The translations under genes and the position numbers were made by a program. Of a stretch of 64,000 bases of DNA, positions 9,811-18,627 are shown one piece after another. The DNA comes from an uncultured delta proteobacterium. Lineage in GTDB: Bacteria > Desulfobacterota > DSM-4660 > Desulfatiglandales > HGW-15. The stretch is from assembly GCA_963707125.1 (NCBI GenBank), contig CAVPOU010000013.1:128007-192006 (forward strand), given 5' to 3'. Position 1 is the stretch's first letter. Each line of letters opens with the position of its first letter. The notes beneath the pieces are model-generated. The model saw only the letters and a program-made list of their open reading frames with translations, made no database searches and was not told the origin of the DNA.

Positions 9811-10351
9811 ACTCCCCGGTCCGTGTGTCCACGGTGATTTTGATCCCTTCGTCAATAAAGGGAGGAACTCGAAGGGTGTATCCTGTTTCAAGGGTCACCG
9901 GCTTGCTGTCACCGGCAACGGAGTCGCCCTTAGCCCATGGATCCGAACGGGTCACCAGGAGATCGACGAAGTTGGGCAGGGTCAGGCCGATGGGTCTGCC
10001 GTCGAAGAGAAGGACGTCCACTTCCAGGTTGTCGATGAGGTAGTTCTTGGCATCCCCTACCTGTTCGGCGCGCAGAGCCGACTGATCGTAACTTTCGAGA
10101 TCCATGAAGTGAAAGTGACCTTCCTGGCTGTAGAGGTACTGCATCTTTCGCTGTTCAAGGTTGGCCGATTCAAACGAATCCACGGAGCGGTAGGTCCGAT
10201 CAATAATGTTCCCGCTGATCATGTTTTTGAGCTTGCATCGATAAAGCGCCTGGCCCTTGCCCGGTTTTGTAAACTGGAAATCGATCACCACATAGGGTTC
10301 TTTATCAATGAGGATCTTGAGACCCTTCCTCAAGGAGCTGGCGTTATACAT
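9791..10351 (-). CDS. efp: Translation elongation factor P
   Basis: 186 aa with the typical N-terminus LRKGLKILIDKEPYVVIDFQFTKPGKGQALYRCKLKN, including the modified-lysine loop KPGKG. Confidence 0.95.
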   Translation of the reverse strand: MYNASSLRKGLKILIDKEPYVVIDFQFTKPGKGQALYRCKLKNMISGNIIDRTYRSVDSFESANLEQRKMQYLYSQEGHFHFMDLESYDQSALRAEQVGDAKNYLIDNLEVDVLLFDGRPIGLTLPNFVDLLVTRSDPWAKGDSVAGDSKPVTLETGYTLRVPPFIDEGIKITVDTRTGEYVTRVK

Positions 10352-10538
10352 GAATCTTATTCCTCTCTTTGGTCTATATGTCGCGGTTCTTGGGGAATAT
10401 AGGGAAGAGCTGTAGTGATGTCAAGGCCAAAGGAATGGGAAGGAAAAGACTGGACTTAGGGTGGGGGAAAGCCTAACTTTGACTCAAAGGCAGGAGCCCT
10501 GCGCCGGCCTTGATCAAGAACCACGGGGGGTGAAAAAG

Positions 10539-11270
10539 ATGCTGGTTCGAGTCGTTCTTTTGATGGGAATGGTTCTGGCTTTCCTGGGCCATGGTGCGTA
10601 TGCCCAACAAGTGGGAGATGTCCTGAAGGGCTTGAAGAAAGGGATCGGCGGTTCCTCCACCGCCTCGGAGACTGAAATCGTAAACGGTCTGAAAGAGGCT
10701 CTTCAGATTGGAACAGGGAATGCCGTTCAAACCGTTTCCAAAGTAGATGGATACTACAAAAACTCCAAAATCAGGATACCCCTTCCTGATACGGTACAGA
10801 AGACCGAGAAGATTCTGAGAGCGGCAGGATACGGGTCCAAACTGGATGAATTCGAGCTCAGCATGAACCGAGCGGCTGAGAAGGCCGCTCCGGAGGCGAA
10901 GGGGCTGTTCCTGGATGCGATCAAGCAGATGACTTTCACGGACGCCAAGAAAATCCTGAATGGAAGGGAGAACGAAGCCACCCTCTACTTCAAGGACAAA
11001 ACCTCTCCTCGGCTGAAAGAGATCTCAAAGCCCATGGTTCATCAGGCGATGGGCGAGGTGGGCGTGACCAAATCCTATCAAGACCTGGAGCAATCGGCGC
11101 GTTCGGTGCCCTTTGCAGGGACCTTTGCTTTTGACCTGGATCAGTACGTGACCGATCGGGCCCTGGACGGCCTCTTTGTCATGGTCGCCGAGGAAGAAAA
11201 AAGGATCCGCCAGGATCCCGTGGCCCGGACCACGGACCTTCTGAAGAAAGTCTTTGGAAGCAAGCAGTAA
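10539..11270 (+). CDS. Secreted DUF4197-like protein
   Basis: Signal peptide MLVRVVLLMGMVLAFLGHGAYA. GLKEALQIGTGNAVQTVSKVDGYYKNSKIRIPLP matches my memory of DUF4197. The ORF opens at GTG 10461; the ATG at 10539 is preferred. Confidence 0.55.
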   Translation: MLVRVVLLMGMVLAFLGHGAYAQQVGDVLKGLKKGIGGSSTASETEIVNGLKEALQIGTGNAVQTVSKVDGYYKNSKIRIPLPDTVQKTEKILRAAGYGSKLDEFELSMNRAAEKAAPEAKGLFLDAIKQMTFTDAKKILNGRENEATLYFKDKTSPRLKEISKPMVHQAMGEVGVTKSYQDLEQSARSVPFAGTFAFDLDQYVTDRALDGLFVMVAEEEKRIRQDPVARTTDLLKKVFGSKQ

Positions 11271-11370
11271 CAGGTAAACAGTATGCAGTAGGCAGTATGC
11301 AGTAAGCACCAAAGAGCGAGAGCAGCACACATGAGTTTTCACTGCTTACTCCCTACTGCTTACTGCCTGC
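11264..11370. repeat. Imperfect inverted pair of CAGTAAG/CAGTAGG word repeats between convergent genes
   Basis: Left arm 11264-11309 (gcagtaacaggtaaacagtatgcagtaggcagtatgcagtaagcac). Right arm 11341-11370 (actgcttactccctactgcttactgcctgc) is built from the complementary words. Confidence 0.8.
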
Positions 11371-11384
11371 TTCTTCCTACAAGG

Positions 11385-12125
11385 CTACCGGTACCCTACC
11401 AGGCCTTTAACCTTGGTGTACCGCCTCGCGACTTCGTCCCAGTTGATGATTTTCATGAAGTTGTCCACATATTCCGGCCGGCGGTTCTGGTACTTCAAAT
11501 AATAGGCATGCTCCCAGACATCGCAGACCAGGAGAGGGCAGACCCCCCAGATGGTCAGGTCCTGGTGTTTTTCGGCCTGAAGGATGACGAGATACCCCAT
11601 GTAAGGCTCATAGGCCAGAACTCCCCAGCCACTCGCCTCGACCGTGTTGGTCGCAGCAACAAACTGTTTCCTGAATTGCTCAAAACTCCCAAACCCTTTT
11701 TTCAGAGCATCCAGGAGATCGTCCTTTGGTTCGCCCCCCTTGGCGGACATGTTGGCCCAGTAAAGGGAATGGAGAACATGCCCGGAGCCATGAAAGGCAA
11801 ATTCTCTGGACCAGTGCTTGATCAGACTGTAATCTCCTGAGGCCCTTGCCTCCTCCAGCTTTTTCATGGCTGCATTAAATCCATTGACATAGGCGGCATG
11901 GTGCTTGTCATGGTGAAGGGTGAGAGTCTCTTTGTCGATGGTGGGCTCAAGGGCGTCGTAGGCGTAAGGCAAGGGCGGCAGCTTGCACTCGCCGATTTGG
12001 CGAGGCGCTGCGGCGCCCGGTGGGGTCTGAGCCTGAGCGGAAGCGTGGAGGCCTTCCATGCCGATCAGCATGCCTGCAAGACCCAGGCCCTTCATCATTT
12101 CTCTTCTTGTGATTTCATATTCCAT
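11385..12125 (-). CDS. Fe/Mn superoxide dismutase with Tat-type signal peptide (periplasmic)
   Basis: LPPLPYAYDALEPTIDKETLTLHHDKHHAAYV and DVWEHAYYLKYQNRR are classic Fe/Mn-SOD motifs. The N-terminus TRREMMKGLGLAGMLIG...ASAQA looks twin-arginine. ATG at 12125 chosen. Confidence 0.85.
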   Translation of the reverse strand: MEYEITRREMMKGLGLAGMLIGMEGLHASAQAQTPPGAAAPRQIGECKLPPLPYAYDALEPTIDKETLTLHHDKHHAAYVNGFNAAMKKLEEARASGDYSLIKHWSREFAFHGSGHVLHSLYWANMSAKGGEPKDDLLDALKKGFGSFEQFRKQFVAATNTVEASGWGVLAYEPYMGYLVILQAEKHQDLTIWGVCPLLVCDVWEHAYYLKYQNRRPEYVDNFMKIINWDEVARRYTKVKGLVGYR

Positions 12126-12222
12126 AGCATATCCTCCCCTCGTGTATAAGTTTAGTGACAAGAATAAGCATTCTTGAGGCTGATTGCCAGATCTCCTGTA
12201 TCAGGAAGGAGCGGACCGGACG

Positions 12223-13182
12223 ATGAGAACAGAGCCATCTTTGCAAGATATCAGTCAAGCCCACGAGAGGATCGAACCCTTCATCCATCGAACCCCTGTC
12301 TTGACCTCCGCCACGATCAATCGGATGTGCGGCGGAGAAGTCTTTTTCAAATGTGAGAATTTCCAGAAAGCCGGAGCTTTCAAGATTCGTGGTGCCTGCA
12401 ACTCTGTTTTCTCCTTGAGCGAAGATGAAGCGAAGCGAGGTGTCGCCACTCACTCTTCTGGGAACCATGCGGCCGCTCTTGCCCTGGCGGCACGATGGCG
12501 AGGCATTCCCGCCTATGTGGTCATGCCTGAAAACGCTTCCCATGTAAAAAAGCTCGCCGTGGCCGGTTATGGTGCGGAAATCATCTTCTGTAAACCCACT
12601 CTTGAAGCCCGTGAGAGGACTCTGGCCGAAGTCGTCGCGCGAACCGGGGCCGCCTTTGTCCACCCTTACAATGACCTTCGGGTGATTGCAGGGCAGGGGA
12701 CCGCCGCGATAGAACTGTGCCAGCAGGTGCAGAAGCTGGACATGGTTGTCGCGCCTGTAGGCGGGGGAGGGCTTTTGAGCGGCACTGCGCTCGCGGTTTC
12801 GCTTGTGTCCCCGGAGACGGCAGTGATTGCGGCGGAGCCTGAGAGGGCGGATGACGCTTACCGGTCCTTTCGAAGCGGCCGCATTGTTCCGTCCGTCCAT
12901 CCGAACACCATTGCCGACGGCCTGCTCACTTCCCTGGGGGACCTGACGTTCCCCATCATTCAGCGATATGTGAGGGACATTGTGCTCGTGAGCGAAGAGG
13001 CGATCGTAGAGGCCATGCGGTGCCTGTGGGAAAGAATGAAAATTTTGGTGGAGCCCTCTGCTGCGGTGCCGCTCGGCGCCATCCTGAGCAGGCGGCTGGA
13101 TGTGACGGGCTGGCGAGTAGGTATCATGGTTTCAGGAGGGAACGTGGACCTTGACCGCCTGCCCTGGGTCCCCAAGGGCTGA
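12223..13182 (+). CDS. PLP-dependent serine/threonine dehydratase family enzyme (serine-racemase-like)
   Basis: FKCENFQKAGAFKIRGA (PLP-lysine motif), HSSGNHAAALA, PVGGGGLLSG. ATG at 12223; the ORF opens at TTG 12184. Confidence 0.8.
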   Translation: MRTEPSLQDISQAHERIEPFIHRTPVLTSATINRMCGGEVFFKCENFQKAGAFKIRGACNSVFSLSEDEAKRGVATHSSGNHAAALALAARWRGIPAYVVMPENASHVKKLAVAGYGAEIIFCKPTLEARERTLAEVVARTGAAFVHPYNDLRVIAGQGTAAIELCQQVQKLDMVVAPVGGGGLLSGTALAVSLVSPETAVIAAEPERADDAYRSFRSGRIVPSVHPNTIADGLLTSLGDLTFPIIQRYVRDIVLVSEEAIVEAMRCLWERMKILVEPSAAVPLGAILSRRLDVTGWRVGIMVSGGNVDLDRLPWVPKG

Positions 13183-13242
13183 TGCTCTCTTACCGTCTTA
13201 GGTCCTACGTTAACTGCACGAAGCGGAGAAGTTCAAGGGCTA

Positions 13243-13340
13243 ACCGAGAAATGTCGAATAACGAATAAAGAATGCCGAAGGAGAGGATCGAAGTCGTTAA
13301 ACTTCATCATTCGAAATTCCTTGTTCGACATTCGATATTC
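13243..13340 (-). repeat. About 100-bp palindromic REP/MITE-like element, copy A
   Basis: Its reverse complement aligns almost base for base with 57653-57750 (gaatatcgaatgtcgaacaaggaatttcgaatgaYgaagtttaa...ccttcggc.ttctttattc.ttattcgacatt). Internal complementarity: gaatgtcgaa / ttcgacatt. Confidence 0.85.
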
Positions 13341-13395
13341 ATGGTGTTCATCGGCTTCGGTTATTTGGTTACAGCCAAGAACCTGTATGGGCGGG

Positions 13396-15999
13396 TCAGT
13401 TTGTGGAAAGCACCCGGACCAGGACATCCCTTATCCTCTTGACCTTTTCCTCTTCCAAGACTTTCTGCCCTTCGAGATCCAGCACGTAAAAGACATCCGC
13501 AACCTGGTCGGCTTTCGTGGCAATCTTGGCAATCCGGATATCGATTCCAAGGGTGAAGAGGGTGTGCGTGATTTGATAGAGGAGGCCGATGCGATCGTCG
13601 GTAAAGACCTCGATCAGGGTGAAGAAGTCAGAGGATTCATTGTCCACGGTGACTTGTGTTTGACGGGTGAGGGTTCTCTTGCGGGAAAGAAGGGTCGGCT
13701 TGGCCTTCTGTTGCAGACGATCTGAAAGGGGAAGCTTGCCTTGAAACGTTTCAGCCAGATCCCCTTTTATCTTCTCCCAGATTTCCTCTGTGCGGATCGG
13801 ATCCAGCGGAGGCGTCACCGTGAAAATGTCCACGGCCGTTCCATCTCGCCATGTGTAGATGCGGGCGGAGAGGATGTTGATATTGTTCAGAGCCATGACG
13901 CCCGCCACGTCAGAGAACAGGCCGGCTCTGTCATTGGCCAGAAACGTGACTTCATAGGTTCCGCTGGCCGGCTCTGCTTCCGCTTCAAGGCAGAATGCGC
14001 TTTCAGGTCCCTTCACCATGGCTTCCCGGAGGCTTTCAAAAAGAGTGACGTGGCGTGCAATCGCCCGCGGGCTGGTCTCGATCAGGTAGTTTGGAGGCAT
14101 CCCATCAAAGATCGCTTCCCCATCGGCAGGGGAAAGCAGCTCGCCGATCTGGCCCCGGACCTGCTGCAGGGACTGCCTCACCCTTCTTGAAGCATCCGGG
14201 GTCGCCAGCTCTCCTCTTTCCAGGATGTGAAGGATCTTGAAAAACAGCTCAAGAACCAGGTTGGCGACCCAATCGTTCCACGCTCTGGGCCCTGTGGCTC
14301 TTCCATCGGCCCAGGACAGAAGATAGAGCATCTTCAATCGTTCAATGGTCCCCACCACTCTGGCACACTGAACCACAATCTTCTCGTCGTTGAGATCCCG
14401 GCGGGTTGAAGTCTCGGCCAGAAGGAGGTGATGCTGGAGAAGGAAATGGACATGTTCCGTCTTCTTCCTGTCGTAGCCGAAGCGCTTTAGAATGTTTCTG
14501 ATGAGGAGGGCTCCCTTGCGGGCATGATCCTTTCCGGTTTTTCCAATGTCGTGAAAGAGCGCGGCCAGGAAAAGAGGCTCCGCATCACGGAGATCAAGAA
14601 AAATGTCTGTCAGAAGGATATCCCTTTCCTGGTGAAGGGTCTTCAGGTGTCGGACGGTTTGAAGCAAGTGTCTGCCGACGGGGAAGAGATGATAGTGGTC
14701 GAACTGAACCCGATCCTTGACTGGTTCAAACTCAGGGATGAAAGAACAGAGAAAGCCGGTCTCCAGCATCTGATCAAGTGCCTCGAAGGCATTGGACCCA
14801 TTCAGAATGGAGAGAAAACCGCAAGCAGCTCTTTTGGACCTCCTGAAGGAATCATCCACCAGGTACAAGAATTCCCGGACCAGCCTTTTGGATTCCAGGG
14901 AAAGGGGCCGGCCGGCTTTTGCCGTCTCCACGAAGATGTCCAACAGCAGAAGGGGATCATGGAGAATGGCGGTGGCGGAATGGAAATGGATTTCCCCCTG
15001 TTCCATGTGGAACGGGGCGGGGAGGCTTTCCGGCTGGCCCGAGCCGGTGCCGTTCCTCCGGGAGCCCGGGAAGTGGGTGAACACAAAGGACCGGTGCAGA
15101 GACTTGATCCAAGCCATGGACGCGTGGAGCTGGCTCAGGAACTGTTCCACCGCCAGAAGACCGTCCTGGTCTTTGAAGGCAAGGGACTGGGCGATCCTCT
15201 CCTGATAATCAAAGGTCAGCCGGTCATTCTTTCTGCCGGAGCCTTGGTGAAGGTGGTTCCGCACGAGATGAATGAATTTGAGATGGCTCTCGAGATCCTG
15301 ATATTCCTTGTGAGAGAGAATTCCCGAGTACTCGAGGTCCTTCGGCGTTCGGAGACGGAAAAAGGCCTTTGCCAACCACAGGAGGTGATGATAATCCCTC
15401 AATCCGCCGATCCCCTCCTTGATGTTGGGTTCCAGAAGGTCGCTCGCATCTCCGAAGACGGCCATCCGGATCTGATTCTGTTCCTCAAGCCATCGGCTGA
15501 AGGCCAATCCCTTCTTAGGAAGAACTCTCTTGCCGAGCCTCTCCATGAGAGCGAGGTAAAGGGGGGACTCTCCGCAGATGAAGCGAGCATCCAGCATGGA
15601 GGTGAGGGCTTCGAGCTTTTCACTCCCCAGGGTGAGGCAGTCCTTGATGCTCCGGATCCCGTGGCCCAGGTCGAGGCCCATGTTCCAGAGAGGATAAAAG
15701 ATGTCCTCTGCCAGTTTCTTGGCAGAGGAGGGCACCTTGGAGTCAAAAAGGATCAGGACGTCAATGTCGGAGTGAATGCAAAGATCTTTGCGGCCGTATC
15801 CTCCCACCGCGACCAGAGCAAAAGGCTTTTTATCTCTGAAGAGTTTTTGCCCGGTTTCGCTTTCTTGAACACTCCTGCGGAAGTAATAGTCCACGATCTC
15901 CGCGTAATTCTCCTGGAGAGTCTCTGAACCCTCTCCGGTGGAGAAGAGGGAGATCAGCTCGCTCCTTGCGTTCTTCAGCTCGTCAGAGGGAGAAGTCAT
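13396..15999 (-). CDS. glnD: [Protein-PII] uridylyltransferase/uridylyl-removing enzyme, copy 1
   Basis: 867 aa. Nucleotidyltransferase motif GGYGRKDLCIHSDIDVLILF, HD domain FHDIGK, two C-terminal ACT-like domains. Last gene of the amtB-glnK-glnD string. Confidence 0.9.
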   Translation of the reverse strand: MTSPSDELKNARSELISLFSTGEGSETLQENYAEIVDYYFRRSVQESETGQKLFRDKKPFALVAVGGYGRKDLCIHSDIDVLILFDSKVPSSAKKLAEDIFYPLWNMGLDLGHGIRSIKDCLTLGSEKLEALTSMLDARFICGESPLYLALMERLGKRVLPKKGLAFSRWLEEQNQIRMAVFGDASDLLEPNIKEGIGGLRDYHHLLWLAKAFFRLRTPKDLEYSGILSHKEYQDLESHLKFIHLVRNHLHQGSGRKNDRLTFDYQERIAQSLAFKDQDGLLAVEQFLSQLHASMAWIKSLHRSFVFTHFPGSRRNGTGSGQPESLPAPFHMEQGEIHFHSATAILHDPLLLLDIFVETAKAGRPLSLESKRLVREFLYLVDDSFRRSKRAACGFLSILNGSNAFEALDQMLETGFLCSFIPEFEPVKDRVQFDHYHLFPVGRHLLQTVRHLKTLHQERDILLTDIFLDLRDAEPLFLAALFHDIGKTGKDHARKGALLIRNILKRFGYDRKKTEHVHFLLQHHLLLAETSTRRDLNDEKIVVQCARVVGTIERLKMLYLLSWADGRATGPRAWNDWVANLVLELFFKILHILERGELATPDASRRVRQSLQQVRGQIGELLSPADGEAIFDGMPPNYLIETSPRAIARHVTLFESLREAMVKGPESAFCLEAEAEPASGTYEVTFLANDRAGLFSDVAGVMALNNINILSARIYTWRDGTAVDIFTVTPPLDPIRTEEIWEKIKGDLAETFQGKLPLSDRLQQKAKPTLLSRKRTLTRQTQVTVDNESSDFFTLIEVFTDDRIGLLYQITHTLFTLGIDIRIAKIATKADQVADVFYVLDLEGQKVLEEEKVKRIRDVLVRVLSTN

Positions 16000-16007
16000 G
16001 GCCCTTG

Positions 16008-16370
<363 letters not shown>

Positions 16371-16467
16371 TCACGATTCATCGTTGCTTCTTTTCCCGCT
16401 GCAGAAAGGGGAGGAAAATCCTCGCCTTCAGGCGAAAACGTTCGTTCCGTTTTTGCGCCACGATGCA

Positions 16468-16570
16468 GGCACAAAGTTGCAAAGGCACATAGGCACAAAG
16501 AAAGGGACAAAAGGATGGGATAGAATGTTTTTTCTGCTTTGTGCCTTTGCCCCTCTGTTCCTTTGTCCCT
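16468..16570. repeat. Imperfect inverted pair of GGCACAAAG/GGGACAAAGG word repeats in the amtB-glnK spacer
   Basis: Left arm 16468-16514 (ggcacaaagttgcaaaggcacataggcacaaagaaagggacaaaagg). Right arm 16537-16570 (ctttgtgcctttgcccctctgttcctttgtccct). Confidence 0.8.
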
Positions 16571-16582
16571 CAAGGTCTGCCT

Positions 16583-17803
16583 CTAAAAGCTGTAGCCTTT
16601 TTCATCGTGCAGGCTGATATCCATGCCCCTTTCTTCTTCGTCATCACTGACCCGGATGCCGGCGACCCAATCAACCACTTTGAGGATGATCAGGGTCATG
16701 ACAAAGGCGAACACGATCGTCGCAACAACGGCGACGAACTGAATGCCCAGCTGGCCTGGATAACCGAAGAAAAGACCGTCGGAACCCGCAGGATTGACGG
16801 TTTTGCTGGCAAAGAGGCCGGTGGCCAGGGCCCCCCATGTGCCGCCGAGGCCGTGAATGCCGACCACATCAAGAGAATCGTCGTAGCGCAGTTTGCCCTT
16901 CAGCATCACGCCCCCGTAGCAGATCATGCCGGCGACACCTCCGATGAGGATGGCGGAGATAGGCCCGACAAATCCGGAGCCGGGGGTAATGGCGACGAGA
17001 CCTGCTACGGCGCCGCTGGCTGCGCCCAGGGTGGTGGGTTTGCCCCTGTGGATCCATTCCACAAGAAGCCAGGAAAAGGCGGCCACCGCAGAAGCGATGT
17101 GGGTCACCACGAAGGCGCTCGCTGCAAGACCGTTTGCCGCAAGGGCGCTGCCCGCGTTGAAACCGAACCAACCAAACCACAGCAAAGCCGCCCCGGTGAT
17201 GGTCATGGGCAGATTGTGAGGAATGTAGGCCGTGCTTCCATAACCGAGCCTTCTCCCCACAAACAGGGCTGCGGCGAGAGCGGAAACCCCGGAGCTGATG
17301 TGCACCACCGTGCCTCCTGCAAAGTCCAGGGCTCCCATCTTGGCCATCCATCCTCCGGAACCCCAGACCCAGTGAGCCAGGGGATTGTAAACAAAGGTTG
17401 CCCAAAGAACAGTAAAAAGCAAGAACGATATGAATTTCATTCTTTCGGCAAAGGCGCCGGTGATCAGCGCCGGAGTGATGACGGCGAACATACACTGAAA
17501 GATCATGAAAGCGTAGTGCGGGATGGTGGGGCCATAAGTTTCGTGGGGTTCCATTCCTACCCCTCTCAGGCCGAACCAATCAAGGCCTCCGATGATGCCG
17601 CCGTGGTCCGGGCCGAAAGACAAAGAATATCCCCACAGCACCCATTCAAGAGTGATGAGCGCAAGGATGATGTAACTCTGCATAATGGTTCCGAGAACGT
17701 TTTTCCCTCTGACCATGCCTCCGTAGAAAAGGGCCAGCCCCGGGGTCATGAGCATGACCAGCGCCGACGAAACGAGTACGAATGCCGTATCTCCTGTATT
17801 CAT
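16583..17803 (-). CDS. amtB: Ammonium transporter
   Basis: Amt family, multi-TM. DTAFVLVSSALVMLMTPGLALFYGGMVR and DFAGGTVVHISSG are hallmark motifs. ATG at 17803 preceded by aaaggagag. Confidence 0.95.
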   Translation of the reverse strand: MNTGDTAFVLVSSALVMLMTPGLALFYGGMVRGKNVLGTIMQSYIILALITLEWVLWGYSLSFGPDHGGIIGGLDWFGLRGVGMEPHETYGPTIPHYAFMIFQCMFAVITPALITGAFAERMKFISFLLFTVLWATFVYNPLAHWVWGSGGWMAKMGALDFAGGTVVHISSGVSALAAALFVGRRLGYGSTAYIPHNLPMTITGAALLWFGWFGFNAGSALAANGLAASAFVVTHIASAVAAFSWLLVEWIHRGKPTTLGAASGAVAGLVAITPGSGFVGPISAILIGGVAGMICYGGVMLKGKLRYDDSLDVVGIHGLGGTWGALATGLFASKTVNPAGSDGLFFGYPGQLGIQFVAVVATIVFAFVMTLIILKVVDWVAGIRVSDDEEERGMDISLHDEKGYSF

Positions 17804-17837
17804 GAGTTCTCTCCTTTCGCTGTTCCATTCTCTCCAT

Positions 17838-17853
17838 GGCAAGGAGTGTGCCA
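17838..17853 (-). promoter_or_regulatory. sigma-54 (-24/-12) promoter for amtB-glnK-glnD
   Basis: The minus strand reads TGGCAC-ACTCC-TTGCC, an exact TGGCAC-N5-TTGC. It sits about 35 nt upstream of the amtB ATG and just upstream of its SD. Confidence 0.6.
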
Positions 17854-18033
17854 TTGCAATTCGAGACTGGTTTTCCCTATAAAACAAGAGGTTGCGATAG
17901 AGGGGCGATTTTTCGTCCTGAATGATGCGTGACAAAATTGTAGGAATAATTTATTGCCTATACGAAATTGTCACGGACTTGCGGATCGGGGAAACTCGGC
18001 GAGCGAAGGCTCAGGTCGCTGAGGCGAAAGAGG

Positions 18034-18062
18034 TTGACAACAGAGGGAGGGGTGAATACCAT
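18034..18062 (+). promoter_or_regulatory. Possible sigma-70-type promoter for glnB-glnD (copy 2)
   Basis: TTGACA (18034-18039), 17-nt spacer, TACCAT (18057-18062), about 108 nt upstream of the glnB ATG. Sequence match only. Confidence 0.3.
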
Positions 18063-18149
18063 GATTCCTATTCCTTTTCCCGCCTCCGTTCTGCTTGACC
18101 ACTTCAGGAGCCGGGGCTCCCAGAGGACATTGGGTTCACGATTCCATGA

Positions 18150-18509
<360 letters not shown>

Positions 18510-18627
18510 TCACCGCAACTCCTCTCATCAAATCGGCCAGGATTTTCTGGAATCCAGAAACACCCTCATCAAGAAAGAGCTCACCCAGAGTTCTGGATTT
18601 CTCACCACCCGGCGCTACGCCGACCTT

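Noticed and set aside
12115-12900. 261-aa minus-strand ORF
   Set aside because: It is antisense to the PLP dehydratase and overlaps the SOD 5' end. The translation is Arg/Gly-rich noise.
14524-15927. 467-aa plus-strand ORF inside glnD-1
   Set aside because: It is antisense to a well-supported glnD. There are no recognisable domains, and long antisense ORFs are expected at this GC content.
16541-17932. 463-aa plus-strand ORF covering the whole amtB locus
   Set aside because: It is the antisense shadow of a textbook ammonium transporter in high-GC DNA. The translation is low-complexity (G/R/P/H-rich) with no motifs.
17969-17982. Second sigma-54 promoter for the plus-strand glnB (TGTCAC-N4-TTGC)
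   Set aside because: The invariant GG of the -24 box is GT and the spacing is one base short. It is not supportable, unlike the exact match at 17838-17853.
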